A DNA stretch of 38,116 bases from Bacillota bacterium (GTDB lineage: Bacteria > Bacillota > Clostridia > Lachnospirales > Lachnospiraceae). Positions within the stretch are counted from its first letter, which is position 1. The number at the start of each line of letters is the position of its first letter. The stretch lies in the NCBI GenBank assembly GCA_023441145.1, contig JAEZQN010000376.1, positions 1 through 38,116 of the forward strand, written 5' to 3'. The notes under the pieces are model-generated. The model searched no databases. It was not told where the DNA came from and worked only from the letters and a program-made list of their open reading frames with translations. A program made the translations under genes and the position numbers. Below, piece after piece: positions 10,857 to 19,053 of the stretch.

Positions 10857-10860
10857 TTCT

Positions 10861-11286
10861 TTATACCTCCAAAACTTCGGTAATTGTATCTAATGCAGAT
10901 ATAAGCCGTTGACAATCATCAGCAGTTAATCTTTGTATTTTCTTGCCTATCTGTTCATTAGATTTGTTTATAAAATCCTTTACTCTATCTGAGCCTTTAT
11001 CGGTCAAATGTAGTTCGTAGGCTCTGCAATCAATTTTAGATGTAGTTCGATACAGATAACCTTTCTTTTCGTGGTTATGGATAACACGGCTTAAATAACT
11101 CTTATCAATTTTCATTGTTTTTGCAACTGCTGTAGCCGTACATCCGTCATTCGTGAAAATTTCAAACAAAACTCTTGCTTCGGTAGCAGAGTATTCTGAT
11201 CCAAGATACTTATTACCTAGTAAATCAAATTCAGGCAAGTAAAAGCGATTAAATCTCCTTATTCTGTTGATGGTCTTTTCTTTCAT
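10861..11286 (-). CDS. MarR-family transcriptional regulator
   Basis: IRRFNRFY, SATEARVLFEI, IDKSYLSR, DCR..LHLTDKG wing motif; GAGGTG RBS before ATG 11286. Confidence 0.9.
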   Translation of the reverse strand: MKEKTINRIRRFNRFYLPEFDLLGNKYLGSEYSATEARVLFEIFTNDGCTATAVAKTMKIDKSYLSRVIHNHEKKGYLYRTTSKIDCRAYELHLTDKGSDRVKDFINKSNEQIGKKIQRLTADDCQRLISALDTITEVLEV

Positions 11287-11321
11287 ACAATCACCTCGCA
11301 TAGTATTCCTATCTACTACTT

Positions 11322-11353
11322 ATATTAGGGTAATTAGTGGCTTTTGTCAACTA
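11322..11353 (-). promoter_or_regulatory. marR promoter with a candidate palindromic auto-operator over the -35 element
   Basis: Minus strand TTGACA (11350-11345)-17 nt-TAATAT (11327-11322); imperfect palindrome TAGTGGCT-TTT-GTCAACTA at 11335-11353. Confidence 0.6.
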
Positions 11354-11411
11354 TATTGTAGCAAAATCAGCAGGAAGTACATAATCTCCCTGCTGATTTT
11401 GCTACAATATA
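11352..11411 (-). terminator. 23-bp perfect inverted repeat, probable terminator of the asnA-phosphatase-maf unit
   Basis: TATATTGTAGCAAAATCAGCAGG (11352-11374) / CCTGCTGATTTTGCTACAATATA (11389-11411). Confidence 0.65.
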
Positions 11412-11484
11412 AATATTAATATGCTCTGAGTACTGGTTTAATAACAACTACCTTATTAGGCATCACCAAACGGTGACGCTCGCT

Positions 11485-12093
11485 TTACATACTCTGAGTC
11501 AGTAGATTTATATCTTGCTCCTTTAGAATCTGAAGAAATCTTGCTACTGGAAAACCTACCACATTGTAGTAGTCTCCTTGTATTCCTTTAATATAAGCGC
11601 CAAACCTTCCTTGGATGCCGTAGGCTCCTGCTTTATCCGCATATTCTCCACAAGACAGGTAGTGCTCTATCTCATCCTCTGACATTGGGAATACCTCTAC
11701 CTTTGTCTCTTCATAAAATGAAAGTATATGCTTATCTTCACCCTTAAGTATTACTATGGATACTCCAGTAAACACACTATGGACACTTCCCTGCAACGAA
11801 GAAAGCATCTGCCTTGCATTATTTATATCCTTTGGTTTTCCAAGTATAGAATCATTAATAGCAACCACGGTGTCCGCACCAATAATAATTGCAGTACCTT
11901 CCATATTGGATTTATCAAAGTGATTAGCTACATCCTCTGCCTTTTGCAGGGATAACTCTTGTACTACTTCAGCAGGTTTCGTCTTAGTAATCACTTCCTC
12001 CACAGAACTTTTTAAAACTGTAAATGTGACACCTACCTGCTCTAGTATTTCTCTACGTCTCGGTGAATTAGAGGCTAATATAACCTGATACAT
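11485..12093 (-). CDS. maf: Maf-family nucleoside triphosphate pyrophosphatase
   Basis: ILASNSPRRREIL, IGADTVV, ILGKP, DKAGAYGIQ, YNVVGFP. Confidence 0.95.
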   Translation of the reverse strand: MYQVILASNSPRRREILEQVGVTFTVLKSSVEEVITKTKPAEVVQELSLQKAEDVANHFDKSNMEGTAIIIGADTVVAINDSILGKPKDINNARQMLSSLQGSVHSVFTGVSIVILKGEDKHILSFYEETKVEVFPMSEDEIEHYLSCGEYADKAGAYGIQGRFGAYIKGIQGDYYNVVGFPVARFLQILKEQDINLLTQSM

Positions 12094-12105
12094 ATATAAT
12101 CCTTC

Positions 12106-12759
12106 CTACTGCCAGCCTTTTCTTAGTAAATGTGGACAGTTTTCAATATGAGCATAATCGTTTACCCTCTCCACATAGAAACGCTTTTTCTCTTCTCTGT
12201 AATATAGTTCAGTAATACTACAGTTTTCGAGATTCTTACAGAATAAAAGCTTTTTTGCCTGATCCATCCCAAGAATCCCTGTTAGCAAAGAACGAATCAC
12301 CCCACCGTGAGTCACTACAGCCACTTTATCGTGACCGCTAGTTACTATCTCCTGCATAATTCTTATAGAACGCTCAAAGACCTGCTGTCCACATTCTCCT
12401 TCAGGAAAACATAAGTCTTTCGTTAGTTCATCTCGTTTCTCCATGAATTCCTTGAACAATACAGGAATATCTCTGTTCTCATTTCCCTCTAAGGATCCAA
12501 AATCGATTTCACGAAGGTCCCTTCTAATCTCAATTGGCTGCTCCTTCGGAAATTGATTCCTCTTTACAAGCTCTTGTTTTATATGCTCAGCTGTTTCCTT
12601 GGCCCTTATAAGGGTACTTGCATAAATAGCATCTATCCCATACTTTGCAATACGCTCTGCTACCATCACTGCCTGTTCTCTTCCCTCTTTAGACAGAGCT
12701 ACATCTACATTACATAAAGTAGAATTTTGTCTTCCGTGCCTAATTAAATATATTCGCAT
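12106..12759 (-). CDS. Histidine phosphatase (phosphoglycerate mutase-like) family protein
   Basis: LIRHGRQ, STLIRAKETA, LREIDFG, VVTHGGVIR, LENCSIT. Confidence 0.9.
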   Translation of the reverse strand: MRIYLIRHGRQNSTLCNVDVALSKEGREQAVMVAERIAKYGIDAIYASTLIRAKETAEHIKQELVKRNQFPKEQPIEIRRDLREIDFGSLEGNENRDIPVLFKEFMEKRDELTKDLCFPEGECGQQVFERSIRIMQEIVTSGHDKVAVVTHGGVIRSLLTGILGMDQAKKLLFCKNLENCSITELYYREEKKRFYVERVNDYAHIENCPHLLRKGWQ

Positions 12760-12783
12760 TACTTACCCCTTTTAATCAATTAC

Positions 12784-13794
12784 TTATAGTAGAGGTATGT
12801 TTTTCTTCTCAGTCTCTTCCATAATAGCCTCTGGCCAAATAGATGCTTGAACCTCTCCAATATGAGCTTTTCTCAAGAAAAACATACAGATTCTAGACTG
12901 TCCAATTCCCCCACCAATGGTATAAGGTAATTCCTTGTCTACAATTGCCTTCTGGAATGGCATAGAAAGACGATCCATACAACCTGCAACCTCAAGCTGT
13001 GTTAATAAAGAATCTTCATCTACACGAATTCCCATAGAGGATAACTCCAGCGCTATATCTAATACTGGATAATAAACAATAATATCCCCATTTAATGTCC
13101 AATCATCATAATCTGGTGCTCTACCATCATGCTTCTCACCAGATGCCATAGCTCCACCAATCTGCATAATAAAGACTGCACCCTTCAGTTTTGCCACCTT
13201 ACATTCTCTCTCTTTTGGAGATAAGGTTGGATAAGTATCTTCTAATTCCTGAGTGGTAACAAAGGAAATCTCCTCTGGTAAAATTGGAGTTATGTAATCA
13301 TATTTCTCAGAGACATATTTCTCTGTGTTCTTTAATGCCATGTATACTTTTCTTACTATATTCTGTAACGTCTCCATGTTACGTTCTTCTTTATCGATAA
13401 CCTTTTCCCAATCCCACTGGTCCACAAAAATAGAATGAATGTTATCTGTGTCTTCATCGCGACGAATAGCATTCATATCTGTGTATAGGCCTTCTCCATT
13501 ATGAAATCCATATCTCTTTAATGCTTGACGTTTCCATTTTGCTAAGGAATGTACAATCTCTACTTTGGCATCGTTCTGTTCTTTAATACCAAAAGCAACA
13601 GGGCGCTCTACACCATTTAAATTATCATTAAGTCCTGATTCAGGTCTTACAAACAAAGGTGCTGACACACGAGTCAGATTCAGCTGTTTTGCAAGTTCTC
13701 GTTCAAAAAAATCTTTTACCTCTTTTATGGCTACTTCTGTCTCTCTTATATCAAGAGCGGCCTTATAACCCTCTGGAATAAATAGTCCGTTCAT
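12784..13794 (-). CDS. asnA: Aspartate-ammonia ligase (asparagine synthetase A)
   Basis: [63 protein letters not shown] before ATG 13794. Confidence 0.97.
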   Translation of the reverse strand: MNGLFIPEGYKAALDIRETEVAIKEVKDFFERELAKQLNLTRVSAPLFVRPESGLNDNLNGVERPVAFGIKEQNDAKVEIVHSLAKWKRQALKRYGFHNGEGLYTDMNAIRRDEDTDNIHSIFVDQWDWEKVIDKEERNMETLQNIVRKVYMALKNTEKYVSEKYDYITPILPEEISFVTTQELEDTYPTLSPKERECKVAKLKGAVFIMQIGGAMASGEKHDGRAPDYDDWTLNGDIIVYYPVLDIALELSSMGIRVDEDSLLTQLEVAGCMDRLSMPFQKAIVDKELPYTIGGGIGQSRICMFFLRKAHIGEVQASIWPEAIMEETEKKNIPLL

Positions 13795-13889
13795 AAGCGT
13801 CTCCTTTAATCTGTTCATTCTAAATAACTTATTCATTTTATCACATATGATATAATTTTGTAAATTATGTTTTTGTATAGTAGCAAAGT

Positions 13890-13917
13890 ACACATCCTCT
13901 TTTATTATCATATTATA
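13890..13917 (+). promoter_or_regulatory. Candidate mother-cell (sigmaK/sigmaE-type) promoter of the amidase gene
   Basis: AC (13890-13891)-17 nt-CATATTATA (13909-13917) fits AC-N16/17-CATA-N3-T(A); the motif is short. Confidence 0.4.
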
Positions 13918-13944
13918 TAGTATGAGCAGAAAGGAAGTGATCTA

Positions 13945-14520
13945 TTGGCATATAAAATTTTTGTGGATCAGGGCCACAATCCAACGGGATACCACAATGC
14001 AGGAGCTACAGGCTTTGGGCTACATGAAGAGGACATAACATACCAGGTAGGGGCCTATTTGGCAGATATATTAGATTCTGATGACCGTTTCGAGGTAAGA
14101 ACCTCAAGGCCTACCCCTACGACTGTGCTTGGTACAAATAACGCCACTAGTTTAAGAGCTAGGGTAGATGCAGCTAACAGCTGGCCTGCAGATTATTTTA
14201 TTAGCATTCATGTCAACTCTAATAACAACCCTAATATAAATGGAAGTGAGGTTTATATCTATAGAACTGGTACAAGAGCAGAGCAACTGGCTACTGCAAT
14301 ACTCAATGAGATTGTACGTCGAGTAGGTACAAAGAATAATGGTGTTCGTACTAATCCTGCACTATATGTACTTCGTAGGACTAACATGCCTGCAGTACTA
14401 GTAGAACTAGCCTATATTAGCAATGAAAATGACGTGGAAAAGCTTGAAAATGACCAGTATCAGTTTGCTTATGGAATCTATGTTGGTCTACTAAATTATC
14501 TAGGTTTACCACAATTATAA
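13945..14520 (+). CDS. N-acetylmuramoyl-L-alanine amidase (Amidase_3), catalytic domain only
   Basis: IFVDQGHN, HEEDIT, FISIHVN, MPAVLVELAYISN; TTG start with AAAGGAAG RBS; no signal peptide. Confidence 0.93.
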   Translation: MAYKIFVDQGHNPTGYHNAGATGFGLHEEDITYQVGAYLADILDSDDRFEVRTSRPTPTTVLGTNNATSLRARVDAANSWPADYFISIHVNSNNNPNINGSEVYIYRTGTRAEQLATAILNEIVRRVGTKNNGVRTNPALYVLRRTNMPAVLVELAYISNENDVEKLENDQYQFAYGIYVGLLNYLGLPQL

Positions 14521-14566
14521 TACTGTTTTATTCATGCCCAATGAGATAAGAATTTGCATTGTACTC

Positions 14567-14595
14567 TTGACTTGTGAGGGCTAACATGCTACTAT
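14567..14595 (+). promoter_or_regulatory. sigmaA-type promoter of the cold-shock gene
   Basis: TTGACT (14567-14572)-17 nt-TACTAT (14590-14595) with TG extended -10. Confidence 0.7.
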
Positions 14596-14626
14596 ATTTG
14601 TGTAATTTAAAGTATAGATTAGATGT

Positions 14627-14682
14627 TCACATACCTTTGTAAATTGCTTTTCTATTTAATTTACAGGGTATGTGATTTTTTA
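14627..14682 (+). terminator. Terminator-like hairpin upstream of csp, inside the predicted leader
   Basis: TCACATACCTTTGTAAATT / AATTTACAGGGTATGTGA followed by a T-run. Confidence 0.65.
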
Positions 14683-14793
14683 TCCTGCATTGTATGATAC
14701 ATACATACTAGTCACGATAAACCCCTATTGTTAACCGACGAAAGGGGACTATCCATCTAACATATTATTTTTATTTTCAAGGAGGTATCTTAC

Positions 14794-14997
14794 ATGAACA
14801 AAGGTACAGTTAAATGGTTTAATGGAGAAAAAGGATTCGGTTTTATTACTGATGAAGCAACTGGGAAAGATGTATTCGTACACTTCTCTGGCATCATTGC
14901 TGAAGGCTTTAAGACTTTAGAAGAAGGTCAAAACGTAACATTTGATACTACTGAAACAGAACGTGGCTTACAGGCTATTAATGTTACTGTTGCTTAA
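14794..14997 (+). CDS. csp: Cold-shock protein (CspA family)
   Basis: GTVKWFN, KGFGFI (RNP1), VFVHF (RNP2); AAGGAGG RBS. Confidence 0.97.
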   Translation: MNKGTVKWFNGEKGFGFITDEATGKDVFVHFSGIIAEGFKTLEEGQNVTFDTTETERGLQAINVTVA

Positions 14998-15075
14998 TCT
15001 TTTTATATAAATAGATATAGCAAGGATTAATTATTATCAACGTTACAACAAAGAGTTTTACAAATAGAGCTCTTT

Positions 15076-15115
15076 AACTGCGGTGGGTCGCTTATGTGTC
15101 CCACCGCAGTTTTAT
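15076..15115 (+). terminator. Intrinsic terminator downstream of csp
   Basis: AACTGCGGTGGG / CCCACCGCAGTT 12-bp stem followed by T-rich tail. Confidence 0.8.
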
Positions 15116-15180
15116 TATGGGCTTTCTTTCTTTAGATAGCTTTTTTTGTTACCTAGGTATTAGCTTTAATTTTAGGTAGT

Positions 15181-15217
15181 AAAAATGCCACCCTTCTCAT
15201 TATGAAAATGGTGGCAT
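15181..15217 (-). terminator. Intrinsic terminator of the minus-strand cluster ending at 15233
   Basis: ATGCCACC...GGTGGCAT stem with an A-run at 15181-15185 (U-tail on the minus strand). Confidence 0.75.
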
Positions 15218-15232
15218 AATCCTATCTTAGAT

Positions 15233-15712
15233 TTAATTTTTATCGTTATGTAAGCAATTGTCAATAGCAATGACTAAAGCAGCGAAAAAGGCACAGTCTT
15301 CATTATCAGCAATGTTCATTTCATAGGTATCTGACCAGGATAAGAACTTCTTAGCCACTCCACCTACTAAAAAACCATTTCGATAAATATTAAAGCTCCT
15401 TGCCCATAGATCCCCTTCAATGGTGTAGTTCCCATAAGCACTTTGTATATTTAGTTTAGAACGAAAAAACTTTAATTCCTGTTGTATCTCTGCACAAAGT
15501 TGTTGCCCACTGTAAATCTCATATCTTGCACAAAATAAGGTTATTCTTCTTCGAATGAAAAACAACTCCTGACCTTGAAGATTATAGAGATGAATCTTAT
15601 CACCAATGGTAAATACTTCACTTTTTACATTAAAATACACATTACCATACTCATCATACACATCGTACTTATCACCAATACTAAAGACCTTTTGCTTAAT
15701 ATATAGCCTCAA
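15233..15712 (-). CDS. LURP-one-related / scramblase / tubby-C-like protein
   Basis: LYIKQKVFSIGDKYDVYD, IEGDLW, KKFLSWSDTYEMNI, ALVIAID; TTG start with GGGGG RBS. Confidence 0.85.
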   Translation of the reverse strand: MRLYIKQKVFSIGDKYDVYDEYGNVYFNVKSEVFTIGDKIHLYNLQGQELFFIRRRITLFCARYEIYSGQQLCAEIQQELKFFRSKLNIQSAYGNYTIEGDLWARSFNIYRNGFLVGGVAKKFLSWSDTYEMNIADNEDCAFFAALVIAIDNCLHNDKN

Positions 15713-15727
15713 ATCGTATCCCCCTAA

Positions 15728-16135
15728 TTATTCGTTGTCTATATCGACATCTTCTTCTGAGATTTCAACATCAACTACCTTCTTATGAAGTTTGATGCCA
15801 CACTTATTACAGAATTCGCTATCATCAGGAAGAGTGGCTCCACAGTCTGGACATACACATACTTTACGTAATGTATTTAACTGCTCATATAGTTCTTTTA
15901 GTTTAGCATTAGCCTCTCCTATTACTTCAAATTCTATCTCATAGCCGTACTCACCTTGATCCACATGTTCCTTATAATATGCCTCTCCAATTCTCTCATA
16001 AGCCTTACGAAGCAATCTCTTCTGTTCGTTGATATTCACTTTTACAGTATTCACATCTACAATATCTTTTGCCTTTTTTGCAATATCTTTTCCAGTAGTA
16101 GTTATTGTTTCGCCTATCTTGTTAAAAATATCCAT
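15728..16135 (-). CDS. Coiled-coil protein with C-terminal zinc ribbon
   Basis: Helical N-terminus, CPDCG..FCNKCG; AAGGAGG RBS. Confidence 0.85.
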   Translation of the reverse strand: MDIFNKIGETITTTGKDIAKKAKDIVDVNTVKVNINEQKRLLRKAYERIGEAYYKEHVDQGEYGYEIEFEVIGEANAKLKELYEQLNTLRKVCVCPDCGATLPDDSEFCNKCGIKLHKKVVDVEISEEDVDIDNE

Positions 16136-16156
16136 AACCAAACCTCCTTATACTAT

Positions 16157-16693
16157 TTATATTTTCATTTTTCTCTTCATATCCATCCAGAGTCTTCCAA
16201 TAAAGTATTGAAATGCTCTGTCATAAATGACTAATACCACCTGTCCTACTACAATAAGACCAATAAGTACATAATGATTGATCTCTTGTGTAAGAACTAA
16301 GCTTGGTGCATAAATCAATACTGGGATATACATAGCATTGAATATAAAGAGCTTAAATACTGTGATAATAATACTATTGCGTTTACTGGACTTTGCCTTT
16401 AACAACTTCGTCCATACAAAATCCGTCACCAATAGATAAAAAGCCATCCCCCCATAAGTTAGTACATAAAGCTTATTACCTGGGGTTAAAAAGAAACAAA
16501 GTAGTACGCTGCCCACATAAAAGGCAGCCCCTAGATAAGTACCATTCTCCTTTACTACGATCCCTGTGCAAAAAGATGCCAAAGCTAAGAAAAACAAGGT
16601 ACTCATCTCTATAACACTACCGAGTATTACTAAAACCACAGAAAAAGCCATCATTAGCCCTAAAAAGGACATCTTTCTTGCACTTACATGCAT
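16157..16693 (-). CDS. Uncharacterised integral membrane protein (about 5-6 TM segments)
   Basis: Several hydrophobic segments; start overlaps the end of the J-protein gene; GGGAGG RBS. Confidence 0.8.
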   Translation of the reverse strand: MHVSARKMSFLGLMMAFSVVLVILGSVIEMSTLFFLALASFCTGIVVKENGTYLGAAFYVGSVLLCFFLTPGNKLYVLTYGGMAFYLLVTDFVWTKLLKAKSSKRNSIIITVFKLFIFNAMYIPVLIYAPSLVLTQEINHYVLIGLIVVGQVVLVIYDRAFQYFIGRLWMDMKRKMKI

Positions 16694-17355
16694 GAACACA
16701 AATCTCCTCCCATACATTCACAAAAGGTATCAAGAGCCCATAATTTACAGCAGCAATCGCAAGGATCATCTCCCATACCACGGCCATATCCTACACCAGT
16801 AGATTGATAACGACGGTTTCCATACTGTAACTGATCTAATAAGCTTGCATACTCCTGATTAGAAGGGTCTAACTGATATGCTTGTTGTGCGTAACTGTAC
16901 GCTTGAACATTATTACCAATACCACTATTGGCAATTGCTCCATAATAGTACCATCTTGCATTGTGATCTGTAATCTGACTTAACCGACTGATGGCATCTT
17001 GATAACGTCTTTGATTTAAGAACTGAGCTACCTCGGATAATTCCGGTGTATCGTAGGTTGAATTAGCATAAGTACTTCCAAAGCCACGAGCTGCACCTCC
17101 GAAGCCTCCACCTCCGAAGCCACCTGTTCCATAGGAAGAGGAAGAGCTAGAGCTATAACCATTCTCCCTATCCTTCATAATCTGGTTATACGCTTCCTGA
17201 ACCTCTTTAAATTTATCTTCTGCAAGGTTTGATAAAGGATTATTGACATAAGAGTCAGGGTGATATTTTCTAGTTAAATCTCGATAAGCTTTCTTCACCT
17301 CATCATCTGTCGCATTTGGACTAATCTCTAATACTTTATATGGATCTGTTATCAT
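16684..17355 (-). CDS. J-domain protein with G/F-rich linker, TPR-like segment and Cys-rich C-terminus
   Basis: [51 protein letters not shown]; tail [25 protein letters not shown]. Confidence 0.9.
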   Translation of the reverse strand: MITDPYKVLEISPNATDDEVKKAYRDLTRKYHPDSYVNNPLSNLAEDKFKEVQEAYNQIMKDRENGYSSSSSSSYGTGGFGGGGFGGAARGFGSTYANSTYDTPELSEVAQFLNQRRYQDAISRLSQITDHNARWYYYGAIANSGIGNNVQAYSYAQQAYQLDPSNQEYASLLDQLQYGNRRYQSTGVGYGRGMGDDPCDCCCKLWALDTFCECMGGDLCSCM

Positions 17356-18196
17356 CAGTTTCGTTCCTTTCTTTTACACATTTCTGACGCAATTTGTCAT
17401 ACTTACACCAAACGCCAGCATATAATATATTTCTTAAAATATCTATTTCTGGTTTTACCAGAATAGGTAGTTTCTCAAATGCCTTAGTGGCCTCTGCCAT
17501 CATTAAGGTTAATACATGATCGATATCCTCTGAAAGCTTCTCCTTAGGAACCTCACGAAATGGATTATAGCAACCCTTCTTTACGTCTTCCTCTAAATCT
17601 TCGTATGCATCCAAGATATAGATAAACTTTCCTAAATAGAATCCAAGATTCCTGAGATCTTCCTGCCACTGATCCTCCTTATAAACAAAGAATTCAGCCA
17701 TTAGTTCCCCAAAAGGCCTCGCCACATAATCTAGTCTAGTCTCTCCTGCTTTCTCTAATTCGCTTAGCTCCTTAAGAGTCCGCTTAATTACCTCTACTTG
17801 GCGTGGATACTTCTTCTCTATCCGCTTATACTTACGTTTCATTAGTTTGGCTCCAGATAGCCCTTTAATACTTTTCTCGTCCTCCCAATCATCTCTAAAA
17901 TGATGATAGGACAATGCTATATTCATAGCCGCTGCATAGGAAGTGATCTCATTACTTAACATAGCATGCTTCTTCACTGGATGAACAATACAATGATGAG
18001 CCTCATTAATAGGTTTTTCCTCATACAATGCAGTCAATAATACTATTAAAAAAGTCATGTCATAGGTTAAAGTAAATTGACCAACTACTCCATATTCTTT
18101 TTTAAGAGTTCGACATAAACCACAATAATAGGAATGATATCTTTCATACTCTCTAATCTTTAGTTCTGGTTTGTTTATCATTACATAGCCAAACAT
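17336..18196 (-). CDS. DUF5685-like protein with two Asp-rich motifs
   Basis: [45 protein letters not shown]; family assignment from memory; GGAGG RBS. Confidence 0.8.
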   Translation of the reverse strand: MFGYVMINKPELKIREYERYHSYYCGLCRTLKKEYGVVGQFTLTYDMTFLIVLLTALYEEKPINEAHHCIVHPVKKHAMLSNEITSYAAAMNIALSYHHFRDDWEDEKSIKGLSGAKLMKRKYKRIEKKYPRQVEVIKRTLKELSELEKAGETRLDYVARPFGELMAEFFVYKEDQWQEDLRNLGFYLGKFIYILDAYEDLEEDVKKGCYNPFREVPKEKLSEDIDHVLTLMMAEATKAFEKLPILVKPEIDILRNILYAGVWCKYDKLRQKCVKERNETDDNRSI

Positions 18197-18274
18197 AAGG
18201 CCTCCATAAATCAATTTCCCTACTTTGCTTATGAGTTATAACTTATTATCCTAATCCAATCTCTAAGCATAATC

Positions 18275-18283
18275 ATTATACCA
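18275..18283 (-). promoter_or_regulatory. Extended -10 promoter element upstream of the DUF5685-like gene
   Basis: TGGTATAAT on the minus strand about 80 nt before ATG 18196. Confidence 0.5.
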
Positions 18284-18311
18284 TTAATCAGTTTGGGAAA
18301 ACACCTCTTTT

Positions 18312-18752
18312 TTATGTTCTTTTAATGAACTCCTGTTTACAGCTAGGGCAAGTAATGGCAATTTTACCTTTTCCCTTAGGAACACGAATCATCTGTCCAC
18401 ATTTACCACATTGAAATATCTTATGATTTTTGTCTGCTTTTGGTTTTGTGGTTGGCTTATAACCATAATAAGCTGAGCCTCTTTTACTCTTCCCATGAGG
18501 TAATTTATTACGAATTGGTCCATATATTCTCATAAACTTTTGATTTTCAGCAGTACGTCTTGCAATATTTCTAGAAAACATACGAAAGAATATCAAGAAA
18601 AATAGTACATAGCTAAAAAACAAAACTATAACAGAGCCGGTAAAGGACAGTACAATACTTAATATCAAATATACAACTAATAGTGCAATATTCAATTGGT
18701 CAGAACCATATCTACCAATCATCCATTGACGGAAACGATCCATTAATCTCAT
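18312..18752 (-). CDS. Two-TM membrane protein with C-terminal zinc finger
   Basis: GRYGSDQL, two hydrophobic helices, FRMFSRN, CGKCGQMIRVP..ITCPSC; GAGG RBS. Confidence 0.85.
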   Translation of the reverse strand: MRLMDRFRQWMIGRYGSDQLNIALLVVYLILSIVLSFTGSVIVLFFSYVLFFLIFFRMFSRNIARRTAENQKFMRIYGPIRNKLPHGKSKRGSAYYGYKPTTKPKADKNHKIFQCGKCGQMIRVPKGKGKIAITCPSCKQEFIKRT

Positions 18753-19053
18753 AGTAATACCTCTTTCTATTTGGATTCTGAGTGTTACTTAGTATATTAG
18801 TGTTATATGAGGAAGTTGTCAATGAAACAAATCTTAAAAGATTATTAAAATATATCCAAGCCTTGTTATATTTTTTTCATTTTGTACATAATTTATATAA
18901 TATTTGTTATATTCTGTATATTTATAAAATAAAATTGATAATTTACTTATTTTCATGTAAAATGCTTATACAAATGATTTTTTTAATCATAGAACGAACT
19001 AATTGTCTATGATTTTATTTTTTTACATCATATACAAGAAAGGATAAAAATTT

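Noticed and set aside
10392..11286. MarR and GNAT as a frameshifted fusion pseudogene
   Set aside because: Both domains look complete and the GNAT gene has its own GGAGG RBS, so a true two-gene operon is simpler
17094..17121. Direct repeat CACCTCCGAAGCC
   Set aside because: Encodes the G/F-rich linker of the J-protein; not a CRISPR array or mobile-element repeat
18782..19053. 76-aa ORF or a lysine/SAM riboswitch upstream of the NhaC-family gene
   Set aside because: The region is very AT-rich promoter DNA with no riboswitch core motifs and no convincing RBS
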